A stretch of DNA of 64,000 bases from the NCBI GenBank assembly GCA_033764955.1, contig JANRIL010000011.1, positions 64,001-128,000 of the forward strand, written 5' to 3'. Each line of letters begins with the position of its first letter. Position 1 is the stretch's first letter. Of the stretch, positions 46,132-56,031 are shown piece after piece. This DNA is from Cyanobacteriota bacterium. Lineage in GTDB: Bacteria > Cyanobacteriota > Cyanobacteriia > Thermostichales > Thermostichaceae. A program made the translations under genes and the position numbers. Under the pieces are notes generated by a model. It was not told the origin of the DNA. It saw only the letters and a list, made by a program, of their open reading frames with translations, and searched no databases.

Positions 46132-47466
46132 TCAGGATCGAGCAGCATTCTTGACCACTGGACTGGAAGCAAGCGGTATCCGCACGCGGAAACTACTGCC
46201 CACTCCCACTTGACTACGAACCGAGATCTCACCCCCATGCTGCTGGGCAATCGCTTGAGCAATCGCCAGCCCCAAGCCTAGTCCCCCATTCTGAAGCGAG
46301 CGAGCTTTATTCGTTCGCCAGAAGCGATCAAAAATGTGCGGGAGATCGCTGGCAGCAATGCCAACTCCGGTATCGGTGATAATTATCCAAACATTGCGCC
46401 CCAGGTAGGCATGACTTTCTAGCTTCAGGCTCAATGAGACGGATCCGCCTTTGGGTGTGTATTTCAGGGCATTTTCCAGCAGATTACTAAACAGACGCAC
46501 AAGCTGACTGGCATCCCCCATGACAACCACGGGAACGAGAGGTGAAGCGATCAAGGTGATCTCTTTGGCTTGAGCCTGTAACTCTAAAGTTTCACCCAAC
46601 TCACTCAGCAGTTCATGCAAAGGGATCCGTGTGGTTTCTTGTAGCCTTGGATGAATATCAGTCCGAGCCAGCAGCAGCAAATCTTCCACCAAACGGGTGA
46701 TGCGGGCAGTGGCTCTAGTGACAGCTATTAATTTCTTGCTGTCTTGGGGGTGAACCCGTTCTGGATGCTTGAGGATGACCCCAACCGAAGTTTTGATCAC
46801 CGTCAACGGACTGCGCAATTCGTGAGAAGCATCCGCCGTAAATTGTTGTAGTCGTTGGTAGCTATGAGCCAAGGGTTCAGTAGCTTTACGAGCCAGCCAC
46901 AATCCCCCCATTCCACTTACCCCCAGCGCCACCGTCCCACCCAAGGCAAGACCCCAACGGAGTTGGCTGAGGATCTCTTCCACGGCTTGATCGGAAACGC
47001 TGGCACGGATATACCCCAGTAATTGCCTACTATTTTGAGGGCTGTAAACAGGGATGACGGTAACATGAAGGTTTTGCACAGAATCCGGCAAGGATTGTCG
47101 AGTCTGCCGTTGCAACTGGGATCCCGTAGGGAAAGGCAACTGGGTAAAAAGGGATCCTTCGCGGGCGAGTAGGATCCCTTCGGCATCAAACCATTCCAAA
47201 CTCTGGCGGCGATGGCTGAGGTTGCGCCAAGGGGTATTTTCGGGTAGTCCCTGGAGTCCTCGTTGAGCAATGGTTTCTAGGGCTGGAGCGGCAGTTTCTG
47301 CCAGAGTGATCAACTCATCTTTAACCTGTAGGTGCATACTGCGGCTGAAGAACCCATACATGGCGGTCGCCGAGGATCCCACAACAATGCCCACAACCAC
47401 CAGATACCCAGAGAGTAGCTGCCAGTGCCAATAGCGATCCTGTCGGTGAGAATAACGCATAGACAC
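46132..47466 (-). CDS. Sensor histidine kinase
   Basis: Two TMs, FTADASHELRSPL, NLLENALKY, DTGVGI and GLGLGLAI. Confidence 0.95.
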   Translation of the reverse strand: MSMRYSHRQDRYWHWQLLSGYLVVVGIVVGSSATAMYGFFSRSMHLQVKDELITLAETAAPALETIAQRGLQGLPENTPWRNLSHRRQSLEWFDAEGILLAREGSLFTQLPFPTGSQLQRQTRQSLPDSVQNLHVTVIPVYSPQNSRQLLGYIRASVSDQAVEEILSQLRWGLALGGTVALGVSGMGGLWLARKATEPLAHSYQRLQQFTADASHELRSPLTVIKTSVGVILKHPERVHPQDSKKLIAVTRATARITRLVEDLLLLARTDIHPRLQETTRIPLHELLSELGETLELQAQAKEITLIASPLVPVVVMGDASQLVRLFSNLLENALKYTPKGGSVSLSLKLESHAYLGRNVWIIITDTGVGIAASDLPHIFDRFWRTNKARSLQNGGLGLGLAIAQAIAQQHGGEISVRSQVGVGSSFRVRIPLASSPVVKNAARS

Positions 47467-47474
47467 AGGTGAGA

Positions 47475-48152
47475 TTAAGAGAGGGGCTTGAGCCGATACC
47501 CTAGACCATACACGGTCTCAATCAGATCAGCTGGGGATCCGGCTAAGCTCAGCTTCTGACGCAACCGCTTGATGTGAGACTTGACCGCTTCGGCTTCTGG
47601 TGGATCCTCGGACGACCAGAGGTGATCGAGAATGGCGTTACGGCTCAGCACTTGGCGACTATGGCGCAAGAATAGTTCCAGCAAATGATATTCCTTAACG
47701 GTGAGCTGCAGAGGATGACCTGCATAAGTGACACTACAACGACTGGGATCCAGGTGTAGCTCTCCCCACTGCAATATGGGAGGAAGTGGGGATCCCCCGC
47801 GCCTCAGCAAGGCTCGCACACGAGCAGCCAATTCCTGAAGTTCAAAAGGTTTCACTATATAATCATCGGCTCCGGCATCCAAACCTAAAACTTTATCGGT
47901 GAGAGAATCACGGGCAGTCAACATCAAAACAGGCGTGTGATAACCGTGGGCGCGCAGTTGCTGACACAAACGGATCCCGTCTAGCTTGGGCAGCATCACA
48001 TCCAGCAAGATAAGGTCATACTCAAAGGCTTGGATCAGTTGCCAGCCCTGCCAGCCATCGCTAGCGATCTCCACGATGAAACGCTGCTCACTCAGATCTT
48101 CGGCAAGAGCCTCAGCCACTTCTTCTTCGTCTTCTACCAAGAGAATTTTCAC
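47475..48152 (-). CDS. OmpR-family response regulator
   Basis: LLVEDE, LLDVMLP, GADDYIVKPF and IETVYGLGY. Confidence 0.95.
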   Translation of the reverse strand: MKILLVEDEEEVAEALAEDLSEQRFIVEIASDGWQGWQLIQAFEYDLILLDVMLPKLDGIRLCQQLRAHGYHTPVLMLTARDSLTDKVLGLDAGADDYIVKPFELQELAARVRALLRRGGSPLPPILQWGELHLDPSRCSVTYAGHPLQLTVKEYHLLELFLRHSRQVLSRNAILDHLWSSEDPPEAEAVKSHIKRLRQKLSLAGSPADLIETVYGLGYRLKPLS

Positions 48153-48207
48153 AGTGTTCGCCAGCCCTAAAGCCCTTTGCTAGTATTGCTGATGATGGCA
48201 AGAAGTT

Positions 48208-48224
48208 ATGAAAACCAGATGAAA
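48208..48224 (-). promoter_or_regulatory. TTTCAT-N5-TTTCAT direct repeat (CopR-type box); further copies at 55837-55853 and 59129-59145
   Basis: TTTCATCTGGTTTTCAT lies upstream of the response regulator. Confidence 0.7.
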
Positions 48225-48313
48225 TGAGTGCTAGCTACACTTGTTAAGTCAAACCGCATCTATCCGTGCTAAGGTGAGCGACTGGCAGATCCACAAATTA
48301 GGGAGCTAGTGCC

Positions 48314-48787
48314 GTGTTAAGCTGCTTCGATATTGCTAACTACTTTATCTGGCTTGCTAACGAGACTGGCTCGTTTGTCTCTAATCTCAAGCTGCAAAAA
48401 TTAGTGTATTACACTCAGGCTTGGCATTTGGGGATCAACGGCACTCCTTTGTTTGATCAAGATTTTGAAGCTTGGATCCATGGCCCTGTCATCCCTGCTC
48501 TTTATGATCGCTACAAAAGCTTTGGTTGGAAGCCGATTGTTCAAGAGATTCCTAAACCACAGTTCTCTGAAGATCTCCATCAGTTTTTGCAGTCAGTGAC
48601 TGATGTTTATTTTGCTTGTGATGCTTACGAACTGGAGCGGATGACATATGTAGAGGATCCCTGGCGGCTGGCACGAGGCAATCTGCCGATGGATGCTCCA
48701 TCCCATGCCATTATCTCCAAAGAGTCTATGCGAAAGTTTTTTGCCGCCCGTGCCGAAGAAACCGAAGAAAACCTCACTGCCGCTTAA
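48314..48787 (+). CDS. Panacea-domain antitoxin (DUF4065/SocA/GepA)
   Basis: SNLKLQKLVYY.Q, FEAWIHGPVIP.LY and L...T...PW. Confidence 0.9.
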   Translation: MLSCFDIANYFIWLANETGSFVSNLKLQKLVYYTQAWHLGINGTPLFDQDFEAWIHGPVIPALYDRYKSFGWKPIVQEIPKPQFSEDLHQFLQSVTDVYFACDAYELERMTYVEDPWRLARGNLPMDAPSHAIISKESMRKFFAARAEETEENLTAA

Positions 48788-49178
48788 GGCAGCCCCGATT
48801 AAGGCAACTGCACCGCCATCTTTCCAAGGTGTCAGTTTCTCTTTTCGGTATTTGGATAGTCATCACCCCAAATTCTCTGTTAACCACAAAGACATCCACT
48901 ATCTGATTGCTTTACTTGAGAGATGGAGATCTCTTTGTAGTCAAACCGCCCTTGAGTTAAAGCAGAGTCGCAGCCCTGCCCTCAGATGCCATCCGATTGA
49001 TTGGGACGATCCTAAAGTCTCTGAATCTAGCTTTGGCATACCCAATCAGGAACAACTGGTAGATATTCCCTATCAAATTGCTATTTCTGCTAATGAACAC
49101 GGCAGACTGCATGGATTCTTTATTAAAGAGGTCTTTTATGTAGTCTGGATGGATCCAGATCACAATCTTTATCCCTAA
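48750..49178 (+). CDS. Putative toxin partner of the Panacea antitoxin
   Basis: Overlaps the antitoxin. FSFRYLD...GRLHGF....FYVVW.DP.H.LYP gives a RelE-like C-terminal pattern; start uncertain. Confidence 0.65.
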   Translation: MPKKPKKTSLPLKAAPIKATAPPSFQGVSFSFRYLDSHHPKFSVNHKDIHYLIALLERWRSLCSQTALELKQSRSPALRCHPIDWDDPKVSESSFGIPNQEQLVDIPYQIAISANEHGRLHGFFIKEVFYVVWMDPDHNLYP

Positions 49179-49277
49179 CATTGAAAGTTGGATTGGGACA
49201 AAGCTGAGTCTCGGCGGTGATGCTTTGACCCGACTTCGCCACTTTTACTGACTACTCTGTATCCCTGACTGTCGAGC

Positions 49278-51095
49278 TTGCTTGCGTTGACACGGGATCC
49301 AGCCTTGCCCATGCGCTTAATTCTCCCTACTCATCCTTCAGAATCTTCAACAGCTCAGAGAACAGAGGCGGCTTTCTACCGGATGGGGCGAACGGTTATT
49401 TTGATCGCCATCACCTCTTTGTTATTAGGGATCCTGGGGATCCGGCTATTTTTTCTCCAAATCATCGAGGGCAGTAACTATCAACAACTGGCTGATCAAA
49501 ATCGCATTCGTCTGATCAGAGTGCAGCCAGAACGGGGCAAAATTTTGGATCGGCAAGGCAGAGTCTTGGCAAGCAGCCGTCTGTCTCACTCCCTCTTCAT
49601 CTGGCCCCTGGCTCAGAAATTTGATCAATGGTCAAAGATACTGCCACAGCTATCCCAGTGGGTCGGGATCCCTGTGGCTGATATGCAGGAGCGGCTGGAA
49701 AGAGCTGGACATGGATCCCCTTATCTGGTAAGACTTGCCCGTGATTTGGATCCCCAACAGGTGACCACCCTGATGGAGCGGGCTGAAGGGATTCCTGGGG
49801 TGCAGGTGCAAGCAGAACCGATCCGTGCCTACCCCTATGGAGATTTATGGGCACATGTGCTGGGATATGTGGGCGAGATCAATGACGTGGAGCTAGAGCG
49901 ACTCCAAGATCAGGGCTACCGCTTGGGAGACATTGTTGGCAAAGCAGGCATGGAATCGGTTTTAGACCCTCAACTGCAAGGACAACTGGGGGGACAACAA
50001 GTTGAAGTGGATGCCACAGGTCAAGTGGTCAAAACGTTGGGAGAGATCCCACCGCAGCAGGGTCAAGATGTTCGGCTGACTCTTGATCTGGATCTGCAAC
50101 GAGCGGCTCAAGCTGCCTTAGACAACCATAACGGAGCCATCGTCGCTCTGGATCCGCGCAATGGAGAGGTGCTAGCCATGGTCAGCAATCCAGGCTTTGA
50201 TCCCAATTTATTCACCAAGCCGATCACCCCTGAAGCATGGCGCACACTCCAGTCTAGAACCTATCCTTTTCTGAATCGAGCACTCCAAGGCTATCCCCCT
50301 GCTAGCACCTTCAAAGTGATCACCACCACCGCCGCTCTAGAGTCAGGTCTGTTCCAACCGGATGAAATACTACCCACAACCGCTTACATTCAAGTGGGCG
50401 GGATCCGCTTCTGGGATTGGAACCGCGCCGGATTTGGCTCACTGGGATTTGTGCGGGCGATGGGGCTGAGTAGTGATACCTTCTTTTATCAAGTAGCGAT
50501 GAAAATAGGCGAGCAACCCATCATTCAATGGTCGCGCCAATATGGGTTGGGTCAAAAAACAGGGATCGAGCTAGAGCGGGAAGAAGCCCCAGGACTGATA
50601 CCGGATCCGATCTGGAAACAAAACCAGTTGCAAGAACCCTGGTATATCGGCGACACGATCAATATGTCAATTGGGCAGGGCTTCTGGCAGGCAACACCTC
50701 TGCAATTAGCCGTGATGTTGGCGGTACCCGCCAATGGGGGTTATCGAGTGCGGCCTCATTTGATCCTCAATGCGGGTGAATTGCCCCAGCGGATCTCACT
50801 CAAACTTCAGCCAGAAACCTTGAGGATCCTGCAACAAAGTCTGAGAGATGTGGTGGTGGAAGGAACAGGAACCGTCTTGAATGTGGCGGATATTCCCCCT
50901 GTAGCGGGTAAAAGTGGCACGGCTGAGGATTTTTCTCGCCCTTCCCATGCCTGGTTTGGAGCCTATGCGCCTGCCGAGCAACCGGAGATCGTGGTGGTGG
51001 CCTTCGCTGAAAACTCTGGCGGCGGGGGTGGCAGCATAGCTGCGCCGATGGTCTTGGATGTGCTTCGGGCTAAGGTGTGCTGGGGACAATGTTAG
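49278..51095 (+). CDS. mrdA: Penicillin-binding protein 2
   Basis: N-terminal TM, RGKILDR, PASTFK (SxxK), SSD and GKSGTAE. Confidence 0.9.
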   Translation: MLALTRDPALPMRLILPTHPSESSTAQRTEAAFYRMGRTVILIAITSLLLGILGIRLFFLQIIEGSNYQQLADQNRIRLIRVQPERGKILDRQGRVLASSRLSHSLFIWPLAQKFDQWSKILPQLSQWVGIPVADMQERLERAGHGSPYLVRLARDLDPQQVTTLMERAEGIPGVQVQAEPIRAYPYGDLWAHVLGYVGEINDVELERLQDQGYRLGDIVGKAGMESVLDPQLQGQLGGQQVEVDATGQVVKTLGEIPPQQGQDVRLTLDLDLQRAAQAALDNHNGAIVALDPRNGEVLAMVSNPGFDPNLFTKPITPEAWRTLQSRTYPFLNRALQGYPPASTFKVITTTAALESGLFQPDEILPTTAYIQVGGIRFWDWNRAGFGSLGFVRAMGLSSDTFFYQVAMKIGEQPIIQWSRQYGLGQKTGIELEREEAPGLIPDPIWKQNQLQEPWYIGDTINMSIGQGFWQATPLQLAVMLAVPANGGYRVRPHLILNAGELPQRISLKLQPETLRILQQSLRDVVVEGTGTVLNVADIPPVAGKSGTAEDFSRPSHAWFGAYAPAEQPEIVVVAFAENSGGGGGSIAAPMVLDVLRAKVCWGQC

Positions 51096-51163
51096 AATAT
51101 GGTTCCAATGGGATCCGCAGGATGATGGGGTCTGACATGGATCGATCAATTGTCCAACTCCTC

Positions 51164-51195
51164 TTGACTCTCAAGTGGACTAGAGGGTTTATCCT
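51164..51195 (+). promoter_or_regulatory. MerR/ZntR-type promoter with a 20-bp spacer and dyad operator
   Basis: TTGACT-N20-TATCCT containing ACTCTCAAGT-GG-ACTAGAGGGT. Confidence 0.85.
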
Positions 51196-51253
51196 ACCTA
51201 TAGTTTCCTCAAGAAACGCTTCTGTCCTTTCCTTTAGAGGCTAAAAACCCATC

Positions 51254-51394
51254 ATGAAAACAACTTTGATCCAACGGCTTTCTCTCCTAGCTGCTTCGAC
51301 CGTACTCCTCACATTTGCTGTAGGTGGATCCGTTTGGGCTTTCTCTTGTCCACCTGCGGACTGTAATGACTGTCCACCTGCGGATTGCGACTAA
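51254..51394 (+). CDS. 46-aa secreted Cys-rich peptide (not in the ORF track)
   Basis: MKTTLIQRLSLLAASTVLLTFAVGGSVWA-FSCPPADCNDCPPADCD, with a GAGG RBS, downstream of the MerR-type promoter. Confidence 0.75.
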   Translation: MKTTLIQRLSLLAASTVLLTFAVGGSVWAFSCPPADCNDCPPADCD

Positions 51395-51421
51395 TCATAG
51401 CCAGAGACCAGTCATTTAGTG

Positions 51422-51470
51422 AACCCAATGAGCTTAAACCTTGATGGGGAATAGCTTGTTGGGTTTTTAT
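51422..51470 (+). terminator. Stem-loop/terminator between the peptide gene and merR
   Basis: AACCCAATGAGCT...AGCTTGTTGGGTT followed by TTTATT. Confidence 0.5.
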
Positions 51471-51481
51471 TTGGAGATTTC

Positions 51482-51943
51482 ATGGATCATTGTGCCAAGT
51501 CTGCCCTTAAAAGTCTAAAAATCGGGGATCTGTCCAAACAAACGGGGGTAGCGGTAGCAACCATCCGTTACTACGAATCATTAGGGTTGCTGGATCCTGC
51601 TGAAAAGGCTGAAAACGGCTATCGTTACTACACTAAGCAGGCCATTAAACAATTGCGGTTTATCAAACAAGCTCAAGCACTGCGATTTTCTCTGGCTGAA
51701 ATTCAACAGGTGATGAGTATTCGGTCTCAAGGCAACCCCACTTGTCCTTTAGTAAAAGACCTAGTAGATCGCAAAATCGCTGAGTTAGAGCAAGGGATCC
51801 AGCAGGCTCTGCTCCTCAAAACGGAACTGGAAACCTATCGTTCTAGTTGGGCCAATCAACCTTTGGATGATCCTGGCCAAGAACAAATTTGTAGCCTCAT
51901 TGAGGGAGTCACGGTTAGATCAACTTTGCACTTGCAGCAATAA
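51482..51943 (+). CDS. MerR-family heavy-metal-responsive regulator
   Basis: KIGDLSKQTGV...TIRYYE..GLL, NGYRYY, FSLAEI, PTC and ICSLI. Confidence 0.92.
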   Translation: MDHCAKSALKSLKIGDLSKQTGVAVATIRYYESLGLLDPAEKAENGYRYYTKQAIKQLRFIKQAQALRFSLAEIQQVMSIRSQGNPTCPLVKDLVDRKIAELEQGIQQALLLKTELETYRSSWANQPLDDPGQEQICSLIEGVTVRSTLHLQQ

Positions 51944-51958
51944 CACCATACGGTCGAT

Positions 51959-53056
51959 TCAGTTGGCTGATCTTAAAAGTGCTCGCCGGATCCAAAACCC
52001 CGCCCCCATGCCCAAAGTCAGGATCCCCAGCAAATAGCTCATCACGATCAGGCGAATGGACAAGGGGGGAGCTATGCCCTCAACCTCAATGATCTGACTC
52101 ACCTGCAAAGGAGAAGACGGGATCCGGGCTGCGATGCGATGGGGCGCACCATCAAAAAAGTGCTGCTGCCAGGTGAGATCTGCAGATCCCTGGTAAGCAA
52201 AAGCTGTCCATCCATGCTCCAATTGGGTGGAACGAATCTCTAGATCTTGATCAGGAAGGGACTGGCCCGTCTGAAGATCTCGGACTTTGACTGTCAGGGC
52301 GAGCGGTTGCCCTACCACGGCACTGGGATCCCCCTCTAGGCTCAGTTCCCGCCCCTCAGCCTGCATCACTGGAGCCTGCTTGGTTGGGGAAATCGGCATC
52401 TCGGCAGGGTGAGTTTCAGCCCATCCTGCTTTGAAGTTGATCACAAGCAATACCACAATCGCCACCCCCGCCGCTCCACTCAGCAACAGCCGCACAGACT
52501 CGGATAGCCCATCCCCTGCTGCAGGATCCCCAATGATCCATGCCCCCAGGATCCCCACGCCGAACAGCACTATAACCAGGATCCCTAAAAACACATATTT
52601 AATGGGAGCTTCTGTCACAAAGAAATCAAGATTTTCTTGAAAAGATTCAGCGGGACTTTTGACCGTGATCTGCAAACGATAGGATCCCCGAATGGGCAAC
52701 ATTTGCTCAAACTGCACGGGATTAAGAGCTTCCAATTCCAACAATTGGGATCCTTCTGCCCAAGGGAAATCGGTCGGCAACCAGATATTGCGCTCAGGCG
52801 TTTGTAACACTAGATGGATCCTTGCCAGTTGCAAAAGATCCCCCTGCTGATCCAAAGCTTGCAGCACAAATTTCACAGGGTACTGCTCAGAAGTCGCCTC
52901 CGCCTCAAAAGGTCGGATCTGTTGTAGCGGCGGATCCGTGAGCAACTGAATCCTAGGGTTAGCCGCTAGAGTCGGGATCCTCTCGCTAGGGATCCCGAAG
53001 ATAACCAACACTCCCATCAGCAGACTGAGGAGCGCGATGAATTGGATCGGGCGCAT
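51959..53056 (-). CDS. Membrane protein of unknown function in the cobalamin-riboswitch operon
   Basis: Signal/TM, soluble domain, two TMs, soluble domain, C-terminal TM; starts 1 nt after the cbtB stop. Confidence 0.8.
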   Translation of the reverse strand: MRPIQFIALLSLLMGVLVIFGIPSERIPTLAANPRIQLLTDPPLQQIRPFEAEATSEQYPVKFVLQALDQQGDLLQLARIHLVLQTPERNIWLPTDFPWAEGSQLLELEALNPVQFEQMLPIRGSYRLQITVKSPAESFQENLDFFVTEAPIKYVFLGILVIVLFGVGILGAWIIGDPAAGDGLSESVRLLLSGAAGVAIVVLLVINFKAGWAETHPAEMPISPTKQAPVMQAEGRELSLEGDPSAVVGQPLALTVKVRDLQTGQSLPDQDLEIRSTQLEHGWTAFAYQGSADLTWQQHFFDGAPHRIAARIPSSPLQVSQIIEVEGIAPPLSIRLIVMSYLLGILTLGMGAGFWIRRALLRSAN

Positions 53057-53057
53057 A

Positions 53058-53246
53058 TCAGTGACAGCCGATCAATAAAGTGTGATGGCGCAACGAGTGA
53101 GCCGCATCATGCACCGCCGGATAGGTGCTGAAATAGATCGTCCAGAGGGTTAGACCACAGAGCGATAGATAAAGACCCGCCTGAACCGGAACCGAAAGCG
53201 TCAAGCCAATCGCTCGCCGCTCCAAACCTTGACTATGAGCTTTCAT
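53058..53246 (-). CDS. cbtB: CbtB-like cobalt transporter small subunit
   Basis: One TM followed by VHDAAHSLRHH...GCH. Confidence 0.8.
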   Translation of the reverse strand: MKAHSQGLERRAIGLTLSVPVQAGLYLSLCGLTLWTIYFSTYPAVHDAAHSLRHHTLLIGCH

Positions 53247-53282
53247 CTTGTGCCTCGCAGATGAGAACAACGGGATCCTGGT

Positions 53283-53425
53283 TGGCGGGCATCCTGACTT
53301 AGAGGCATCTTCCTCATCACAGTTGCGGGACAGCGATGGATTTACACCACACTTTCCCCCTTTTCGGGGATCCTTAGAGATCCATCCAAAAAGTCCAGCG
53401 ACTGCTCCTCGCTAGAACCAGCAGG
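53283..53425 (-). ncRNA. Cobalamin riboswitch
   Basis: The minus strand reads GGTTC...GGGAAAGTGTGGTGTAAATCCATCGCTGTCCCGCAACTGTGA...AAGTCAGGATGCCCGCC (B12 box). Confidence 0.9.
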
Positions 53426-53621
53426 TGACATCACCCTACCATCGGATCCCAATTTTTGCGAGTCAACAGGATCCAAATCTTGACGCTACAGGTCATGGCT
53501 TATGAACACCCACCCCAGACGGATCCGGCTTGTGTGTATCATGGCACAGCCGTATAGTTCAGGGACTGCGTGAAAAATTCATTCTTTAACTGTGTCAAGA
53601 CCACCAGCATGAACCTGAGTT

Positions 53622-54770
53622 TCAAACCAACAAAGCGGTGGCATACATGATCCCCAAACCCAAGCTGAATCCGGCCAGACCAGGGATCGTTAGCCAGGAT
53701 CCCCTTGGCTCGTTCAGCCGTCTGACATAGGATCCCACCTCCACCATCACCTGCAAAATGGCACCCGATCCAATGCCCAGAAACAACGCTGCCCACTGAG
53801 GGGAATAGGCAAATGCCCCCAGCCAGGATCCCAGTACCGCAGGTAATCCCGCCAACGCCGCCAAACTGACAAAAACCCATAGACGCGGTTGCAGCCGGAT
53901 CAGAGGTGCAGCAATGCCGATTCCTTCGGTCAGGTTGTGCAGCGTGAAGCCTACCACTAACAAAGATCCCAGTCCCGCCTCACCCACAGCAAAGGCGGAT
54001 CCAATCGCCAGCCCTTCGCCTAAATTGTGCAAGCCGATTCCTAAAGCTAAGTAAGTGGCCAATGCCATTCCTTCCGGCACGTTGCCACCCCGACGACTGA
54101 TCATCAGCAACGTCAAGAAAGCCGTGGCAGCACTCAACCACACCAAAGATCCCCCTTGAAACACACTGGCTGCCTCGGTTGCCAACTTTACTCCTTCTTG
54201 CAACGAATCCACCAGCAAAAAAGCCAGCAATCCCAGCGTTAAGGTCAAAATGAACTGGATCCCTTGATTACCTAACGTTTTCAGATAGGGGAAAAACAAC
54301 ATCCCCAAACCGACAGGCACCACCCCCACAAAGATCCCCAGCCCGCCATAGTGAAGCAGTCGCGCCGGATCCGCATCGGGGGTGGGTAGGGCTACATCAA
54401 TGCTGTAATCAAAGGTCAAGCCTGTGGCCGTGAGAACTTTGATGTGATGGGTTTCCCCTTCCATCCAGGGGTAGGGAATCTCTATCTGTACCGATTTCAG
54501 ACGGGAGATCTCTCCAGGTGGATCCTGCTGAAATTGCCAGTACGCCCCATCCACTTGCACCTGGGCGATCTGAACCGGATCTGTGCCATTGCCTCTGATC
54601 AATAACCGGATTGGCTCATCCGATTTGAGTACGGCCCGCTCGATCTGAATTGACTCGACGGGGGGAGCGGATCCCACCAACACTTGTAAGGGATTCAAGC
54701 GCAGAAATACAGCAATCAGGATCCCTAAGATCGTCAGGGGCAAAACCGCCCAGAGCCAAGATCGCTTCAT
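53622..54770 (-). CDS. ZIP-family metal transporter with an N-terminal soluble domain
   Basis: GIGLHNLGEGLAIG and TLHNLTEGIGI. Confidence 0.9.
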   Translation of the reverse strand: MKRSWLWAVLPLTILGILIAVFLRLNPLQVLVGSAPPVESIQIERAVLKSDEPIRLLIRGNGTDPVQIAQVQVDGAYWQFQQDPPGEISRLKSVQIEIPYPWMEGETHHIKVLTATGLTFDYSIDVALPTPDADPARLLHYGGLGIFVGVVPVGLGMLFFPYLKTLGNQGIQFILTLTLGLLAFLLVDSLQEGVKLATEAASVFQGGSLVWLSAATAFLTLLMISRRGGNVPEGMALATYLALGIGLHNLGEGLAIGSAFAVGEAGLGSLLVVGFTLHNLTEGIGIAAPLIRLQPRLWVFVSLAALAGLPAVLGSWLGAFAYSPQWAALFLGIGSGAILQVMVEVGSYVRRLNEPRGSWLTIPGLAGFSLGLGIMYATALLV

Positions 54771-55816
54771 GCCACCACCTCAAAAGCACTCATCCAACCC
54801 AATTCCACAAACTCCGATTGATGAGCATGAAACATATACAAGCCAGGTTCATGTTCGGCAAAACTCAACTCCAGGATCCCTCTCTGAGCTTGACAAAGCA
54901 TGACGGTATCTACAGTTTTGTGGGTAGGGGTAAGCGTAGTGCCATGATCAAAATAATCAAAAAAGTTAGCGTGCAGATGGAAGGAATTGATGGGATCAAA
55001 CTCCGTCACATTCACCAGATAGATCCGCACCGGACGATCTCGCTGGATCCGAATCGGTCGTTTCATCAACTCATGGGCAATGGTGTTGACCGCGTAAAAC
55101 TCGTTTTCCTCATCAAAGTTGGTATCGAAGGCATTCATCACCATCAACAATTCTTGCCAACGAGCATTTTCACGGGATCCCAAGACTCTGGATCTCGCCA
55201 CAGCTTCTTGCTCAGGATGACGTTTGGGATTTGGATCGACCACAAACACCCCATATAAACCCTTGTGTAAATGCCGTTTGAAGGGAGCCGAATGGCAATG
55301 ATAGAGATGACAGCCAAAGGGTTTAGCCTCAAACTCATAGACCACTTCCTGACCAGGCATTGCTTCCAAGGTTCCAGGCACGCCATCCACCCGCGCCTGA
55401 TGGATCCCGTGAAAGTGCAGGGTGTGGGCGTGGGTGCTGCGATTGCTGAATCGAATCCGGACTCGATCTCCTTCGGTCACCCGAATCGTGGGGCCAGGGA
55501 TCCGTCCGTTATAGGTCCAAGCTGGATACATCACCCCAGGGGCAATCTCAACCAGGCGATCTGCAGCATCGATGTCATACTCTCTCAGGGTTTGCCCATT
55601 GGATAACTGGGAGACTTGGCCTGGATCCCAATCGGTCAAGAGGGCGTAGGGATCAAAACCATTGCGGGCATGATCTACCTCTCCCACTGAAGTCAGCCCG
55701 CCGTGGATTCGCAGCGAGTGAGTCATAGTCTGTTCAGATGCCATCGCCGGACGGGAAAGCAGGGATCCCAGCCCCCCTAATCCCAAAAGAGAGCGGCGCG
55801 ATAGGCTGAATTTCAT
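54767..55816 (-). CDS. Tat-exported two-domain multicopper oxidase
   Basis: SRRSLL, HTLHFHG, YHCH, FHLHA and MFHAH...GWM. Confidence 0.9.
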   Translation of the reverse strand: MKFSLSRRSLLGLGGLGSLLSRPAMASEQTMTHSLRIHGGLTSVGEVDHARNGFDPYALLTDWDPGQVSQLSNGQTLREYDIDAADRLVEIAPGVMYPAWTYNGRIPGPTIRVTEGDRVRIRFSNRSTHAHTLHFHGIHQARVDGVPGTLEAMPGQEVVYEFEAKPFGCHLYHCHSAPFKRHLHKGLYGVFVVDPNPKRHPEQEAVARSRVLGSRENARWQELLMVMNAFDTNFDEENEFYAVNTIAHELMKRPIRIQRDRPVRIYLVNVTEFDPINSFHLHANFFDYFDHGTTLTPTHKTVDTVMLCQAQRGILELSFAEHEPGLYMFHAHQSEFVELGWMSAFEVVA

Positions 55817-56031
55817 GGTTAGATCTCGAACTTGGCTTTCATAATTATTTCATATTCTTGTCTCGAACCTATCAGGTAATAGAGGGTGCGTCAATTGTGA
55901 TCGACTGCCGGATAACTTCTGGTTTGTGGAATAGCTACTCTGCCGGGGGATCTCCGGTTGCTTGGGTTGACAAGTCTCTGTCCTCTGATTTGGGATAGGA
56001 GTAAACTCAGTTAACCCGTCTGTGCAAACTA

